Shown here: one piece after another, positions 62,849-64,000 of the stretch
Position numbering within the stretch: position 1 is the first letter of the stretch
Layout: each line of letters starts with the position of its first letter
Source of the DNA: Neoechinorhynchus agilis
Taxonomy: Eukaryota > Animalia > Acanthocephala
Direction: 5' to 3'
Length of the DNA: 64,000 nucleotides
NCBI GenBank assembly: GCA_051530055.1
Contig: CM121342.1
Coordinates: 11,423,480 to 11,487,479, forward strand
Translations under genes and position numbers: made by a program
Notes under the pieces: model-generated
Seen by the model: only the letters and a program-made list of their open reading frames with translations
What the model was told of the DNA's origin: nothing
Databases searched by the model: none

Positions 62849-63735
62849 GATGGCGGAGGGTGGCAAACGGCCACCCAATTCCTTAAGGATTACTGTGCCT
62901 CCGGACATTCGGAGACAAATCATCGGCAATTCCATTGATCTTCCGTCAACGGGCGTTGATGAAACAGTGATCTCTGACTCTCCCGATAACTGCGGGGGGC
63001 CGGTACCGATCGAGCAGCGAGATCAAATGATCTCTTATTTCTAAACGAAAACATCTTCAAGTGTCTTCTCAGAACATTATCAAGCCCTTCCTTCCAAAAG
63101 ATGGCCTTTTGTGGTCACCGTCAAGTCAAACCACATTCTTCCAAAAAAGTCATGTACGATACTCTTATAACTCCTTGGGCTCACACATTCAATATCGATG
63201 GTATAAAGCGAGTGGATAAACGCGAAGTCAAGATGTTTAAGGCAATAAAAGAGGCCGATGGAGAACGAGCTAATATCGCAGTCCCTTCGAAATGTTCAAG
63301 TATTGCGGTCATCAGTGCATGATTCTTGAACACTACGAAATTGACCTTCATGTGTTTATAAACACATTTGGACCAATGAAAATCAATAGGTTGTTCTCCT
63401 TGGCATACCAAATGTTGCGAGCATTAGAGAAGCTAAAAGATCTGAATATCATCCACCGATAGTATCCTTGAACAGCATTATTGGTCTCATGCCTCGAGAT
63501 TACCGGACACAACAAGATCCATAAAACGCCAACAAATTTTTGACAATGCTGGGTCACCTGCTTGAACGTATCCCCGAGGATCGAGGTGATCCCACGGTCG
63601 GGGCCAAACAAAAATGGAGACGTCGCTCAAGTTTCCGAATAACGAGCGGCGATCATTTTCGTACTTTTTACGAAGAAAAGAATCAGTATGATTATGTGGA
63701 GGTGAGCATTAACGAAAAAGGTAAATATTCGTAAA
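62849..63735 (+). pseudogene. CMGC kinase pseudogene, copy 4, with a possible N-terminal extension; flanking repeat continues to the window end
   Basis: REVKMFKAIKEADGERANIAV, MILEHYEIDL and EKLKDLNIIH; 63650-64000 matches 25990-26220. Confidence 0.7.
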
Positions 63736-64000
63736 CCTTGTTAGGAACAAAGTATTTGGCGTTTTTGGCTGAAACGTTCCTTATTCTACAAATACGATAA
63801 TGTGTTTATCCAAATATTGGTACCAAAACATCAACATTTTGCTTTTATCGAATACCTGAAGCCACTCTTTTCAATTTAAACATAGAAAAACATTGTATCA
63901 AAAATGAAGTTTGTTAACGATTTAAGAGAGAATCTATTACCTAATTCAAAAAAAAACCGAAGTAAAAATTATTTAAACAATGTTTTTATTTCGCAGAAAA

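Overview
AT-rich eukaryotic DNA. POLG plus Gypsy, Penelope, CRE-like and L2-like retroelements point to a fast-evolving opisthokont, probably an animal; I cannot name the taxon. Three conserved genes lie on the minus strand: RNA polymerase III largest subunit (runs off the left edge), TFIIF beta and mitochondrial DNA polymerase gamma. Also present are a Tudor-plus-transmembrane (LBR-like) gene, a duplicated 4-TM gene, several kinase pseudogenes, a 28S rDNA fragment split by an LTR retrotransposon, and many decayed retroelements from about 33 kb onward. Two observations stand out. (1) A tRNA-headed repeat of about 345-385 nt occurs in 3 copies plus 2 fragments. It holds a complete hammerhead core whose strands are in a non-circularly permuted order, has no Pol III terminator on the sense strand, and has terminal redundancy, so it may be a Pol III-driven retrozyme. 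(2) Both introns of the Pol III subunit gene lack a usable GT donor at the junction that restores conserved motifs. Both are bounded by 12-bp inverted repeats and sit at a CTTAG target with the same 8-nt geometry, so they look like transposon-derived (Introner-like) non-canonical introns. Everything was read by eye; no searches or folding programs were run, and boundaries of decayed elements are approximate.
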